A stretch of 64,000 nt of DNA. Source: Mustelus asterias. Taxonomy: Eukaryota. Position numbers and translations under genes: made by a program. Shown piece after piece: positions 11,348 through 24,369 of the stretch. Positions within the stretch are counted from its first letter, which is position 1. The number at the start of each line of letters is the position of its first letter. The stretch covers positions 13,950,001-14,014,000 of the forward strand of contig NC_135830.1 of the NCBI RefSeq assembly GCF_964213995.1, given 5' to 3'. The notes under the pieces were generated by a model. It searched no databases. It worked only from the letters and a program-made list of their open reading frames with translations, and had not been told where the DNA came from.

Positions 11348-11936
11348 TCACTCGTGAACTTGTTGATGTTTCAGCAGCTGAGATGAAACTATGAATCGCT
11401 TCCCACACTGAGAGCAAGTGAACGGCCTCTCCCCAGTGTGAACTCGCTGGTGTCTCTGCAAGTCTGAAGACTGAATGAATCCCTTCCCACACAGAGCAGG
11501 TGAACGGCCTCTCCCCAGTATGAACTCGCTGGTGTCTCCGCCATTCAGAATACAAAGCGAATTCCTTTCCACACTGAATGCAGATATACGGCCTCTCCCC
11601 AGTGTGAACTCGCTGGTGTGAATGCAGGTGGGATGATTGACTGTAATTCTTCCCACACTGAGAGCAGGTGAACGGCCTCTCCCCAGTGTGAACTCGCTGG
11701 TGTGTCTGCAGGCTGGATAACCGAGTGAATCCCTTCCCGCACTGAGAGCAGGTGAATGGTTTCTCCCCAGTGTGAACTCGCTGGTGTTGCTGCAGGTGGC
11801 CTGACTCAGTGAATCCCTTCCCACACTGAGAGCAGATGAATGGTCTCTCCCCAGTGTGGCTGCGCCGATGAGCTTCCAGCTCTGATGGGGCTCTGTATCT
11901 CTTCCCACAGTCTGCACATTTCCATGGTTTCTCCAT
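11348..11936 (-). pseudogene. C2H2 ZNF-2 (7 fingers), 2-bp frameshift in finger 6
   Basis: ORF 11268..11936 gives five fingers then leaves frame at ~11490 (TGCTCTGTGTGGGAAG); the last fingers are in the frame of ORF 11348..11971; acceptor at 12373-12374. Confidence 0.8.
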
Positions 11937-13684
11937 GGCTCAGATGGACAATCAGTTAAAGCTCCATCCACACACAGAACACGGGTAGAGTCTCTTCCCT
12001 TTGGGAATGGTGTGATATTTATTCAGGCTGTGTAACTGGTTAAACCTCTTTATTCAGTGCACTGGAATACTCTCACTTGAGTGTGGCAGTGTGTTGGTGC
12101 TTTTCCAGACTTACTGGTGTTTGAAATCTTTTCAAATCGGCAGACTGGATAACCATTCCTCCTTCTAGACTCAAGGCCGATGATATTCAGGTCCAAAGGA
12201 ATTTGACTCTGTCAGATCTGGACATGACGTTTGAGATTATGGCCTGTGATTCCTCTTTCAATATCCTGTAATATCCTCCTCCTAGATTCAAAGGCCGATG
12301 TTAAGGTCCCGATGAATTGGGAGACTCTGTCAAATGTTGACTTTTGTCTGTAAATCCTCACCTTCTGATATCCTGTAAAAGGAGTTTACAAAAGAAATCA
12401 GAGTCAGTACAGGATAGAAATTCAGAACAGACAATTCTAGTTTCTATTGAATATTCTTTCCTTTCTCATTCCCCAAAAGCTGTAAATCTCCATCCCACAC
12501 ACTCTCCCTCAATTCTCACTCTGCTGTATCTAATATTCACCCTCCCAATTCTCCTGAAGGGACCAATTCTTGCTGACCAACAGATCCATGCTCACCGATT
12601 TTATGTGTTAACTGGACTAAAAAACCCATGTAATACACAGTATTGTGTTACTGGATATATGGGGGATGAGTGGAAGAACTTGATTTCAGCAGCATGTGGA
12701 AGTGGAGGTAGATGGCACCAGAAGGTAATAAACTGGCAAATTTACTTGCAATGGGGATATGGAGGGGTAACGGGACTGACTGAATGTAACCAGGACTTGA
12801 AAATTATGAGAGGCCGAGAAAGGGTAAAAAGGACTGACATGTTTCCCACAGTCGAGGAGCGATTAACAGGGAACATAGGCATAACACTGAAAATGTCAGA
12901 GGTCAAGAGTCTGATGAAGGGTCAACCAGACTTTAAATGTTGGCTCCATTCTCTTGCCACTGATGCTGTCAGACCTGCTGAGATTTTTCAGCATTTTCTG
13001 TGTGTTTTTTTCAGATTGCAGCATCCGCACTATTTTGCTTTTTTGCATAGATTTAAAGTGACTGGTAGATGGTTTACAGGGGGCAAGAGGAAAAACCTTT
13101 TCTCCCAGAGGGAGGTCAGCATCTCAAATGCAGCCGAAGTTGAGATGAAGCTGAAACGAGATTCGGCATGGACTTGTATTACTGAATGAACTCCTTCTGT
13201 GCTGTAATGACCAAGACTGGAAATGTATAACATATCTACAGTATTATATTACAAAACCAGACATAATAATAAATGTATTTCATTACAGAACCATAAATAA
13301 TACATCTAATCTGTCCCATAAACAACACTAGACATATCTCTGTCCTATATTAATTTATTGTCCCCTTAAATGTCAGTCATCTCCTGGGGAAACCAGCGCT
13401 TTAATTCGGAAAGAGATCATGCTTTGAGCCAGACAAATAAATGTGTCAAGCTGCGGGAGCAAAGGATGTCAATGTCTTTGAAAGAGAGAGACCTGGGCCA
13501 ACCTTTCCAGAGTCTGCAGCGTCCCTGGATTCACTTTCTTTCCCTTCAGTTGCTGCAACTCCCCAATTTCCCCCCAGAATGAGAAAAGAAATGGAAAGGG
13601 GGAGAAAAGAAAGTGTTTTACTCACAGATGCTGAAGACAGGAGGAAGTTTGAGTCTGTCTGTACTCAATCTTCATTCACAGAGA

Positions 13685-13864
13685 CCTCTTTTTAGGTCAA
13701 ACCAAGTAAACAAACTCAAATTAAATCAGGACAAAGTAAAAGGGGCAGCTCCCCTAAAAGGAGGGGGAACAGCCCGAACAGAAATCAAAATGCAAAGGAA
13801 ACTTAAAAACATCAAATTAAAATGTGGTTATTAGGGTCAATAATGCACCCCAACCCCTGCGGTG
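13685..13864 (-). mobile_element. Tx1-clade non-LTR retrotransposon 3' fragment with 14-bp TSD
   Basis: Minus strand encodes PQGLGCIIDPNNHILI* followed by a T-rich 3' UTR; TSD ttcattcacagaga at 13671-13684 and 13865-13878. Confidence 0.65.
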
Positions 13865-13899
13865 TTCATTCACAGAGAGAGCAGCAGCTTTCCGGGTGA

Positions 13900-14350
13900 A
13901 CAAGCTCATTGTCCTGTTTCCGCGTTCAGACAATGGGGAAGGTCTGGTTGGCGGCAGGAGAAACTTACTTCCGGTCCTCCAAGTCTTCCCATTGGTCAAT
14001 ACCTCAGCATTGACGTCGGGGGGGAGTGGGCCGATCTCCGCACATGCGCAATTGCCCCTCTCCCTTGGACATGCGCAGTCCCTGGTAGTGGGGGGGAGAG
14101 CACCGAGCGGCTTCTCGCTCTGGCCGGAGCCGCCAGCCGGTTGCCTGGAAACCTTGGCTCGAGGAGGTGCTGGGGGAGGGGAACATGGGTGGGGGCGGGG
14201 TTCCCGCGTCCGCTCGCCGAGCCTGCGCACTGGAACCCCAGGACGTCATCGCGGAGCAGGCTGATGTCTATTGGTTGATTCAGGCAGGGCTCCGTTGTGA
14301 CGTCACCGTGCGGATGTTGTCCAATGAGCTTCAGACCGAAACTCCCTCCT
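13900..14350. promoter_or_regulatory. CpG-rich bidirectional promoter of ZNF pair 2
   Basis: ETS-like acttccgg, NRF1-like catgcgca twice, CRE tgacgtca (~14298), CCAAT boxes; minus-strand donor at 13625. Confidence 0.7.
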
Positions 14351-14983
14351 CTGCACCATCTGGGAGGAAATCAATGTTTTCCCCCTTTCCATTTATTTTC
14401 TCATTCTGGGGGAAATTGGGAACTTGCAGCAACTGAAGGTAAAGGAAGTGAATCCAGTCTGTACATTCCACACATTGTTACTCCAGTCATATAGACATAT
14501 ATCTGTCTGGCCGCCTGCATGGAGATTTCCAGCTCTCTGTGTCCAGGGCAGGCGATTCCCTTCTTTTTGAGGTCTGCCCATTTTGATCTGTCCCACATTT
14601 AATTTAATTTGGTCCACTTGTTTTGCCAAAAAGATTAACAGAATAGTTAGTGATTTCTTTCAAGTTTAATTGTTTTGCCAAAAAGATTCAACAGAATGTT
14701 TATTTGTCCTCAGTTGATTTGATTTAGTTTAATTGTTTTACCGAAAAGATTGACAGGAAGCAGTGAGCATGGATCTGTCAATCAGCCTCAATCAGCACCT
14801 TCAGGAGAATTGGGAGGGTGAATATTAGATACAGCAGAGTGAGAATGGAGGGAGAGTGTGTGGGATGGAGATTTACAGCCTTTGTGGAATGAGAGGGGAA
14901 AGAATGTTCCTTAGAAACTAGAATTATCTGTTCTGAATTTCTATCTTGTACTGAGTGATTACTTTTGTAAACTCCTTTTACAG

Positions 14984-15280
14984 GATATCAGGTGACAGAA
15001 ATCTCAAAGCAAACGTCCCGTCCTCACTCAATTCATCAGGATCTGATTATCATTGGCCTTTGAATCCAGAAGAAGAAATGCTTCTCTGTACCGTCTGCTT
15101 CAGAAAGTTTTAAACATCAATGGGAGTGGCAAATCACCGAGACACACACATACTCGAATGAGAGTGTTCCAGTGCACTGACTGTGGAAAGAGCTTTAACT
15201 AGTTACACAGCCTGAAAAAATATTACAGCATTCACAGCGGGAGAGACTCTACTCGTGTTCTGTGTGTGGATAAGGTCTCA
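14984..15280 (+). pseudogene. Truncated ZNF-3 exon (relic fingers only)
   Basis: Acceptor ccttttacag|gatatc, then the shared leader gtgttccagtgcactgactgtggaaagagc; array lost at the SINE/CR1 insertions that follow. Confidence 0.7.
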
Positions 15281-15372
15281 ACTTTGAATCAAAATAATTC
15301 TGTGATTTCTTTTACTCATTCGTGGGACATGGGCGTCGCTGGCTGGCCAGCATTTATTACCCATCCCTAGTT

Positions 15373-15714
15373 GCGGCACGGTAGCACAGTGGTTAGCACT
15401 GCTCCAGGGACCTGGGTTCGATTCCCGGCTTGGGTCACCGTCTGTGTGGAGTTTGCACATTCTCCTCGTGTCTGCGTGGGTTTCCTCCGGGTACTCCGGT
15501 TTCCTCCCACAGTCCAAAGATGTGCGGGTTAGGTTGATTGGCCATGCTAAAATTGCCCTTAGTGTCCTGAGATGCGTAGGTTAGAGGGATTAGTGGGTAA
15601 AATATGCATGGGTATGGGGATAGGGCCTGGGTGGGATTGTGGTCAGTGCAGACTCGATGGGCCGAATGGCCTCTTTCTGTGCTGTAGGGTTTCTATGTTT
15701 CTATGGTTTCTATG
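15373..15714 (+). mobile_element. HE1-type tRNA-derived SINE
   Basis: A/B-box head ggtagcacagtggttagcact...gggttcgattccc, core gtctgcgtgggtttcctccggg, CR1-like tail with ttctat repeats. Confidence 0.85.
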
Positions 15715-15837
15715 AGTCAGAAGGTTTTTGTTTTAGTTTAGTTCGGGCACCATGATCGGTACATCATAGAGTACATATGGAGAAGGAAAGGAGAGGGATT
15801 CAATGTAGAAGTATTGAACAATCTGGAATCAGTGCTT

Positions 15838-17280
15838 ATAAGAACATAAGAACTAGGAGCAGGAGTAGGCCATCTGGCCCCTCGAGCCTGCTCTGCCATT
15901 CAATAAGATCACGGCTGATCTTTTCGTGGACTGAGCTCCACTTACCTGCTTGCTTACCATAACCCTTAATTCCTTTACTGTTCAAAAATTTATCTATCTT
16001 TGCCTTAAAAACATTCAATGAGGTATTTATTTTGTTTGAGACTCTCCCACTCGTGAAAATATCTCACCATCTACCTTGTCAAGCCCCCTCAGGATCTTAT
16101 ATGTTTCAATCACCCCTTTGTCTTCAAAACTTCAAGGAACACAGACCGTGACAATTTCCTCCCTCTTGATAGGACAACCCTCCCATCCAGGAATTAGCCT
16201 GGTGAATTTCCTTTTGGACTATGTTGAATATTACTGTATCCTTGTTTATGGAAGGGGATGAAAACTGTATGCACTATTCCAGGTGAGGCATCACCAACAC
16301 ACTGTACAGTTGCAACAAAACCTCCCTGTTTTTAAACTCCAACCCCTTTGCAATAAAAGCCAAAATGCCATTTTCCTTCTTACCTCATGTGGGACCTGCC
16401 TGCCAGCTTTTTGTGATTCATGCACAAGAACACCAAGATCCCGCTGTACTTCACTCACCGGCAGCCCCTTTCCATTTAGATCATCATCCTGTTGATTCCT
16501 CTGACTGAAATACATGACCTCACACTTTAAACTCCATTTGCCATGTTTTGGAGACAGAGGGGTGACTTTATTGCATCTTCCCCAACTCTTGACTCATCTT
16601 TCCCAGGCCCTATCCCTGTAGCCCCACATTTTCACCCCACTAATCCACCTAATCTACATCTATAGGGACACAAAGGGGCAATTTAGCATGGCCAATCAAT
16701 CTAACCCACACATCTTTGGACTGTGGGAAGAATCTGGAGCACTCAGAAATCCACACAGACATGGAGAGAATGTGCATACTCCACACAGACTGTCACCCAA
16801 GGCCGGGATTGAACCTGGGTCCCTGGCACTGTGAAGCAGCAGTGCTAACCACTGTGCTGCCGTGGCGCCCTTTTTAAATAAACTACAAGTACAGATTTCT
16901 CTTGATCTACCCTCCTTCTCACATCCTCAAACAATTCAAGGAAATTTGTCAAACATGATTTACCTTTCATAGAACAATGTTGACGAGGTTTGATTATATT
17001 CAGCTTTCCTAAATGATTAGCTATTTGCTCTTTGGTTATTGACTCCAGCGTCTTGCCAATAATAGATGTTAAATTAACTGACCTATAGTTCCCTGCCTTC
17101 TGCCTTCTCCCTTTTTGACCAAGGTCATCACATTGGCTGATTGCCAATCTTCTGATACTCTCCCGGAATCTAGGGAGTTACGAAAAATTTCAACAAAATT
17201 CTCCACAATCTCTTCAGCAACCTCCATTAAAAGCCTAGCGTGCAGTTCATTGGATCCTGGTGACTTGTCCACCCTTAGCC
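15838..17280 (-). mobile_element. CR1 LINE fragments with nested HE1 SINE (~16602-16870)
   Basis: RDLGVLVHES, GNYRSVNLTS, KGKSCLTNFLE and DKSPGSNELH motifs; aagaacataag tail. Confidence 0.8.
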
Positions 17281-17339
17281 ACTGAAGGGAAAGGAAGTGA
17301 GCCCAGTCTGTATATTTCAGACATTTTTGGTCCAGTCAG

Positions 17340-18819
17340 AGGGTAGTTCCAGCTGATTGGAAAACGGCTACTGTTACGCCGCTGTTTAAAAAAGGAAGTA
17401 GACAAAAGGCGGGTAACTACAGGCCGGTTAGCTTAACGTCTGTAGTTGGGAAAATGCTGGAATCCATCATTAAAGAAGGAATAACAGGCCATCTGGATAA
17501 GAATGGTTCGATCAAGCAGACGCAGCATTGATTCATGAGAGGAAAGTCGTGTTTGACGAACTTACTGGATTTTTATGAAGATGTGACTAGTGCGGTTGAC
17601 GGAGGGGAACCAGTAGATGTGGTGTTTTTGGATTTCCAAAAGGCATTCGATAAGGTGCCTCACAAAAGGTTGCTGCAGAAGATTGGGGCACACGGAGTTG
17701 GGGGTAGGGTGTTAGCGTGGATTGGGGATTGGCTATCTAACAGGAAGCAGAGAGTTGGAATAAATGGGTGCTTTTCTGGTTGGCAGATGGTGACTAGTGG
17801 CGTGCCGCAGGGATCGGTACTGGGGCCTCAACTGTTTACTATTTACAGAGATGATCTGGAGGAGGGGTCTGAGTGTAGGGTAACAAAGTTTGCTGATGAC
17901 ACGAAGATGAGTGGGAAAGTGAATTGCGTGGAGGAAGTGGAGGGTCTGCAGAGAGATTTGAATAGGCTGAGTGAGTGGGCGAGGATCTGGCAGATGGAGT
18001 ATAACGTTAGCAAATGCGAGGTTATCCACTTTGGAAGAAATAATAGTAAATTGGTTTATTATTTAAATGGAAAAAAATTACAACATGCTACTGTGCAGAG
18101 GGACCTGGGGGTCCTTGTGCATGAGTCGCAAAAACTCAGTCTGCAAGTACAACAGGTGATCAAGAAGGCAAATGGGATGTTGGTATTTATAACCAGGGGG
18201 ATAGAATATAAAAGCAGAGAAGTCTTGCTGCATCTGTACAAGGCATTGGTGAGGCCGCAGCTGGAATACTGTGTGCAGTTTTGGTCCCCTTACTTGCGAA
18301 AGGATATATTGGCCTTGGAGGGAGTGCAGAGAAGGTTCACCAGGTTGATACCGGAGTTGAGGGGTGTAAATTATGAGGAGAGATTGAGCAGATTGGGTTT
18401 GTATTCGTTGGAGTTTAGAAGGTTGAGGGGTGATCGTACAGAGGCATATAAAATAATGAAGGGGCTGGATAGGGTAGAAGTGGAGAGATTCTTTCCACTT
18501 AGAAAGGAAGCTGGAACTAGAGGGCACAGCCTCAAAATAAAGGGGGGTCAGTTTAGGACAGAGTTGAGGAGGAACTTCTTCTCTCAGAGGTGGTGAATCT
18601 CTGGAATTCTCTGCCCACTGAAGTGGTGGAGGCTATCTCGTTGAATATGTTTAAATCACGGAGAGATGGATTCCTGATCGGTAAGGGAATTAGGGGTTAT
18701 AGGGACCAGGCGGGTAAGTGGAACTGATCCACTTCAGATCAGCCATGATCGTATTGAATGGCGGGGCAGGCTCGAGGGGCTAGATGGCCTACTCCTGCTC
18801 CTATTTCTTATGTTCTTAT
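17340..18819 (+). mobile_element. Young 5'-truncated CR1 LINE (RT domain open 17535..18596)
   Basis: [30 protein letters not shown]; terminal frameshift; ttcttatgttcttat tail. Confidence 0.95.
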
Positions 18820-18820
18820 A

Positions 18821-19412
18821 AGCTGCAGGAAAGGATGTCCCGAGGCATGGTACATTGGGGAGACAATGCAGATGTTACGACAACGGGTGAATGAACACCG
18901 CTCGACAATCACCAGGCAGGAGTGTTCTCTTCCTGTCGGGAAACACTTCAGCAGTCACGGGCACTCAGCCTCTGATCTTCGGGAAAGCGTTCTCCAAGGC
19001 GGCCTTCACAATACACGATAACGCAGAATCGCTGCGCAAAAACTGATAGCCAAGTTCCGCACACATGAGGACGGCCTAAACCGGGATCTTGGGTTCATGT
19101 CACACTATCTGTAACCCCCACGACTTGCCTGGACTTGCAAAATCTCAGTAACTGTCCTGGCTGGAGACAATACACATCTCTTTAACCTGTGCTTAACCCT
19201 CTCTCCACTCACATTGTCTATACCTGTAAAGACTTGATTACCTGTAAAGACTCGCATTCCAACCATCATCTTGTAAATTGAGTCTGTCTCGATGTATGCC
19301 TTGTTTGTGAACAGAACTCTTCACTCACCTGAAGAAGAAGGAACACTCCGAAATCTTGTGCTACCAAATAAACCTGTAGGACTTTAACCTGGTGTTGTCA
19401 GACTTCTTACTG
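18821..19412 (+). mobile_element. Penelope family A 3' fragment with pLTR
   Basis: CRKGCPEAWYIGET GIY-YIG segment homologous to 40744-41420; degenerate hammerhead core at ~19326-19360. Confidence 0.9.
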
Positions 19413-19599
19413 GGTTCAATCGCACAGTCACTGGTTCCTCTCTCTGTCCCTGATGCTGATTATTCACTCTTTTACAGAATGATACAGCACAAATAGAAAC
19501 CATTAGGCTCATTATCTCTGTACTGGCTCTCTGGAAGATCTATCCAATTAATTCCACAGCCAGAACAATGTATATCTGCTGTAGTATTCTGAGGCCTTA

Positions 19600-21170
19600 A
19601 TGGAAAAGGTTTTCCAGTCGGATAGTTCTCAGACACAATCAGTCCTGTGGAAAGATTGATTGCCTAATTCATTGAGAAGATATAAAGTGCCCATTAAGCA
19701 CATAAAGTGCCTGGCAGAGTTTAATTGTATATTTCTGCAGACCCCAAATACGGCAGTGACATTATCCTAAAGGGCCAATGGTTGAATTATGGAATTACAA
19801 AGAAAAAGCGTTCACGTCCTGAATCTTCATAATTATTACTTGGCTGGGATGTTTCAGTATGAAAGAATCCTACGTCTCAGTCAGGCAAAAGGGGTCATGT
19901 CCGATGGACCTGTTAAAGACAAATAACTATTACATTGCACTGGGGTTTATGTGATCATGTGTTGGTTTTATGAACAAGGTTTGTATCAGAGTGGAGCTGT
20001 GTGTTTGATTCTCCACAACAATTGTAGTATCCTTACTAAATATCCACCATAATCGCAACAGTTAGCCCAGAACTCTGAGGTTATTGCGGTCACAGCCGTT
20101 CAAACTGTTACCGACATAATCATCAAATATTCTGAAAGCTACGTTGGTTGTAATTCCCTCAGAAAACCTACCCCTCTGGGGGAGGAAACACAACTTCTCC
20201 ACAGCAGAAAGGAAACCACTGCTCACCACTCCAAACTCTGAATGATTGGGAATGTTACTGGATGTCCAGGACAAATTGCTATTTGCCAGGTGAAGGTGGA
20301 TCAGCAGCAGGAGTTAGTGAAGAGTGACGGTAATAACCAAGCAGACTGACTCACCAGGAAAGCTGCTCGAGAGGAGATTCCATGGGATCCACCCAAAACA
20401 CAACTGTTGGGACTGGTACGACAGACTCCAGTTAAATGTCATTTAAAAACTTGTCAGGACACTGACCTAAGATGACTGTGGGTAAAAAGGGTTGGCACCA
20501 TAGAGAAAACTTTCCCTCATCATTCACAGCAAGTAAGGACTCACTCATCTGACACAATGAAGTTTTCTTTCACAAATATGGTTTAACTTTGACTTCAGTC
20601 ACAACTCGATGGCTTAGAAAGGAATTAGTATATTTGATGGATCAAAGCAAGGCGTATTTCTTGTTTTTTGACTCCTCAATATTATACAACATGATCACAA
20701 TATCAGTGGCTGAGGAGACATCAGAATGTCCATCAGCACCTGAAGCTGTGCCTCATGTGTTCAAACTAATCAGATTCTGCAAAATGCATTGTCCCAATTA
20801 ACTTGTTCCACATTATTGATGTTCCCTGGGAAACACTGCAGCTTGATTATACAGGCCCACTCTCCACACTAAGAGGAGACTGGTAGATCCTGCTAATTAC
20901 AGCTATGTTTACCTGGTGGATTGAAACTTTTCCTGTTTGTAAAAATGATGCAGACACAATAGCTAAAATCCTGGATGAGGCTTCCTGAAATGGATGGAGA
21001 ATGACAATAGTTCTCATTTCACAGCAGAAATAGTGTAATCGCTCTCCAAAAGGAAAAATCCAGAAGAATAATTTTGAAAAAAAGTTGATTAATTTCATAT
21101 TTATCCAGTTGAGTTAGGATGGTTATTACTGTCAGAAACAAAACCTGACTCTCAGAATGAACATTGTTCA
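19600..21170 (+). mobile_element. Degenerate LTR-retroelement/ERV pol relic (RNase H and integrase)
   Basis: From 20821 reads VPWETLQLDYTGPL...ILLITAMFTWWIETFPV..NDADTIAKIL, then NDNSSHFTAEIV; GNNQAD RNase H motif at ~20330. Left boundary uncertain. Confidence 0.7.
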
Positions 21171-21179
21171 GTCCAACTG

Positions 21180-21375
21180 GGTGGCATGGTAGCACTGTGG
21201 CTAGCACTGCTGCCTCACAGCGCCAGGGGCCCGGGTGTGATTCCCGGCTTGGGTCACTGTCTTGTGGAGTCAGCACGTTCTCTCCGTGTCTGCGTGGGTT
21301 TCCTCCGGATGTTCTGGTTTCCTCCCACATTCCGAAAGATGTGCTGGTTCGGTGCATTGTCCATGCTAAATTCTC
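21180..21375 (+). mobile_element. HE1-type SINE (3'-truncated)
   Basis: Same head and core as 15373. Confidence 0.8.
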
Positions 21376-21399
21376 CCAAATTCAGTGTACCTGAACAGG

Positions 21400-24310
21400 C
21401 AAATTTAGCAACCATACCTTCAATTCCTTCATCTGAGTCATTGATATAAATGGTAAAAAGGTTGAGGTCCCAGCATTGATCCCTGTGGCACACCACTCAT
21501 CACATCCAGTCAACTAGAAAAAGACCCATTTATGCCAATCCTGTTTCCTATTAACTCGCCAATCTTCTTTCCGTGCCAATATGTTACCATTCCCCCCGCC
21601 CCACTAGGAGTTTTCATTTTCCACAATAACCTTATAAATGCATTCTGGAAATCTCAGTACATTCACCTTTCTGCACCTTTGGTTCCCCTTTATCCACAGC
21701 ACATGTGACTCATTCAAAGAACTGAAAAAATAGGTTGAATATGATTTCCCTTTCTCAAAACCATGTTGACTCTCCTTCATAGCCTGGATTTTTCTCACTG
21801 CCATGCTGTAACATATTTAATAATAGCTTCTAACATTTTTCCTATGGCATGTTAAGTTAACTGTCCTGTAGTTTCCTGCTTTTGGTCTCTCTCCTTCTTT
21901 GAATAAAGGAGTTACATTTGCTACTTTCTAATCTAATGGAACTTTCACCAAAACCAGAGAATTTTGGAAAATTAAAAACAATGCATCAACTATCTCACCC
22001 CAGTCGTTTCTACCCCTCTTCAGCTAAAGAACAGCCATATGGCCTCAAAATTTCAACTCTGTTTCTCCCTCCACAGGTGCTGCCAGACCTGCTGAGTCTT
22101 TCCAGCATTTTCTGTTTTTATTTCAGATTTTCAGTATCCGCAATACTTTGCTTTTATCTGACGAGCTGCTTCTTTTCAGAGCCGAGAATGAAGTCCATCA
22201 GGGTCCGGGATTTGTCAGCCGACAGCTCCAACTATTTGCTCAGTACCACTTCATAAGTGACAGCAGTTTTCCTGAGTTCCTCTCTCCCTTCCACACCCCG
22301 ATAAGATATTACTTCTATCCTCGATACTATCGGGTACAGTACTAAACTATAGTGAAGACTGATACAAAGTACCTGTTGAATTCATCTGTCACCTCCTCAC
22401 TTTCCATTATTAATTCCCCGGAATCACTTTCTCTTGGACCAACATTCACTTGGATAACTCTTTTTTTATTCAAATATCCAGAGAAATGTTTACAGAACAA
22501 AGAGAATTACAGCACAGGAACAGGCCCTTCTGCCCTCCATGGCCCTGCACCGACCATGCTGCCTCACTGAACTAAAACCCCTACACTTCCAGGGACCATA
22601 TCCCTCTATTTCCATCCGATTCATGTAAAACTCAAGATGCCCCTTAAAAGTCACTATCGTATCCGCTTCCACTCCCTCCCCCGGCAACGAGTTCCAGGCA
22701 CCCACTACTCTCTGCGTAAAAAATCTGCCTCGTACATCTCCTTTAAACCTTGCCCCTCGCAGCTTAAACCTGTGCCCCCTGGTCATTGACTCTTCCACCC
22801 GGGAAAAAGCTTCTGACTATCCACTCTGTCCATGACCCTCATAATCTTGTAGACTTCTATCAGGTCGCCCCTCAACCTCCGTCGCTCCAGTGAGAACAAA
22901 CCAAGGTTCTCCAACCTTTCCTCATAGATAATGCCCTCCATACCAGGCAACATCCTGGTAAATCTTTTCTGTACCCTCTCCAAAGCCTCCATATCCTTCT
23001 GGTAGTGTGGCGAACAGAATTGAACACTATATTCCAAGTGCAGCCTAACTAAGGTTCTATAAAGCTGCAACATAATTTGCCAATTTTTAAACTCAATACC
23101 CCGGCCGATGAAGGTAAACATGCTGTATGCCTTCTTGACTACCTTCTCCACCTGCATTGCCACTTTCAGTGACCTGTGTACCTGTACACCCAGATCCCTT
23201 TGCCTATCAATACTCTTAAAGGTTCTGCCATTTACTGTATATTTCCTATGTATATTAGACCTTCCAAAATGCATTACCTCACATTTGTCTGGATTAAACT
23301 CCATCTGCCATTTCTCCACCCAAGTCTCCAACTGATCTATATCCTGCTGTATCCTCTGATGGTCCTCATTGCTATCCGCAAATCCACCAACCTTTGTGTC
23401 GTTCGCAAACTTACCAATCAATCCAGTTACATTTTCCTCCAAATCATTTACATATATTAGAAACAGCAAAGGTCCCAGCACTGATCCCTGAGGAACGCCA
23501 CTTGTCACAGCCCTCCATTCAGAAATGCACCCTTCCACTGCTACCCTCTGTCTTCTTTGACCACGCCAGTTTTGTACCCACCTTGCCAGCTCACCTCTGA
23601 TCCCATGCGACTTCACCTTCTGCACCAGTCTGCCATGAGGGACCTTGTCAAAGGCCTGACTGAAGTCCATGTAGACAACATCCACTGCCCTACCCTCATC
23701 AATCATCTTCGTCACTTCCCCGAAATACTCGATCAAGTTCGTGAGACATGACCTCCCCTTCACAAAACCATGTTGCCTCTCACTAATACGTCCACTTATT
23801 TCCAAGTGGGAATAAATCCTGTCTCGAAGAATCCTCTCCAATAATTTCCCTATCACTGATGTAAGGCTCACCGGCCTGTAATTACCCGGATTATTCTTGC
23901 TACCCTTCTTAAACAAAGGAACAACATTGGCTTTTCTCCAATCCTCTGGGACCTCCCCGGTAGCCAATGAGGATACAAAGATTTCTAATTTACTATCCAT
24001 CTTTATATTTCTAGCTGCCTTTCTCTCGTACTCCAATTCTTCTCCTTATTTAATCTTTTTATCATTCTTTGCTGTTTATATTCTGTCTAGTTTTCTGACC
24101 TGCCACCCATCTTTGTGCAATTGTTTACTTTTTTCTTTAAGTTTTATACTATCTTTAACTTTTTTAGTGAACCACGGATGGTGGATCCTCCCCTTGGAAT
24201 TTTTCTTCTTCACTGGAATGTATCTGTTCTGGGTTTTCTGAAATAACCCTTTCAAATCTGCCACTGCACCTCTATTGACCTGTTCCTTAACCTCATTTGC
24301 CAGTTCACTT
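21400..24310 (-). mobile_element. Old CR1 LINE with a younger CR1 nested at ~22490-23982
   Basis: ORF 22783..24036 carries the CR1 RT motifs (its first ~16 aa come from the older host); degenerate CR1 continues on both sides. Confidence 0.9.
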
Positions 24311-24369
24311 ACATTGAACATAGTTCGGTCCTCGATGTGATTAACAGGAAAGTCCAATCACTGTGGTTA

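Noticed and set aside
12344-13189. 281-aa ORF
   Set aside because: It runs across antisense ZNF intron, CR1 and Penelope pieces, so it is a chance mosaic.
15388-15400. cacagtg heptamers in HE1 SINE heads as RSSs
   Set aside because: They are part of the tRNA A-box and have no nonamer at 12 or 23 bp.
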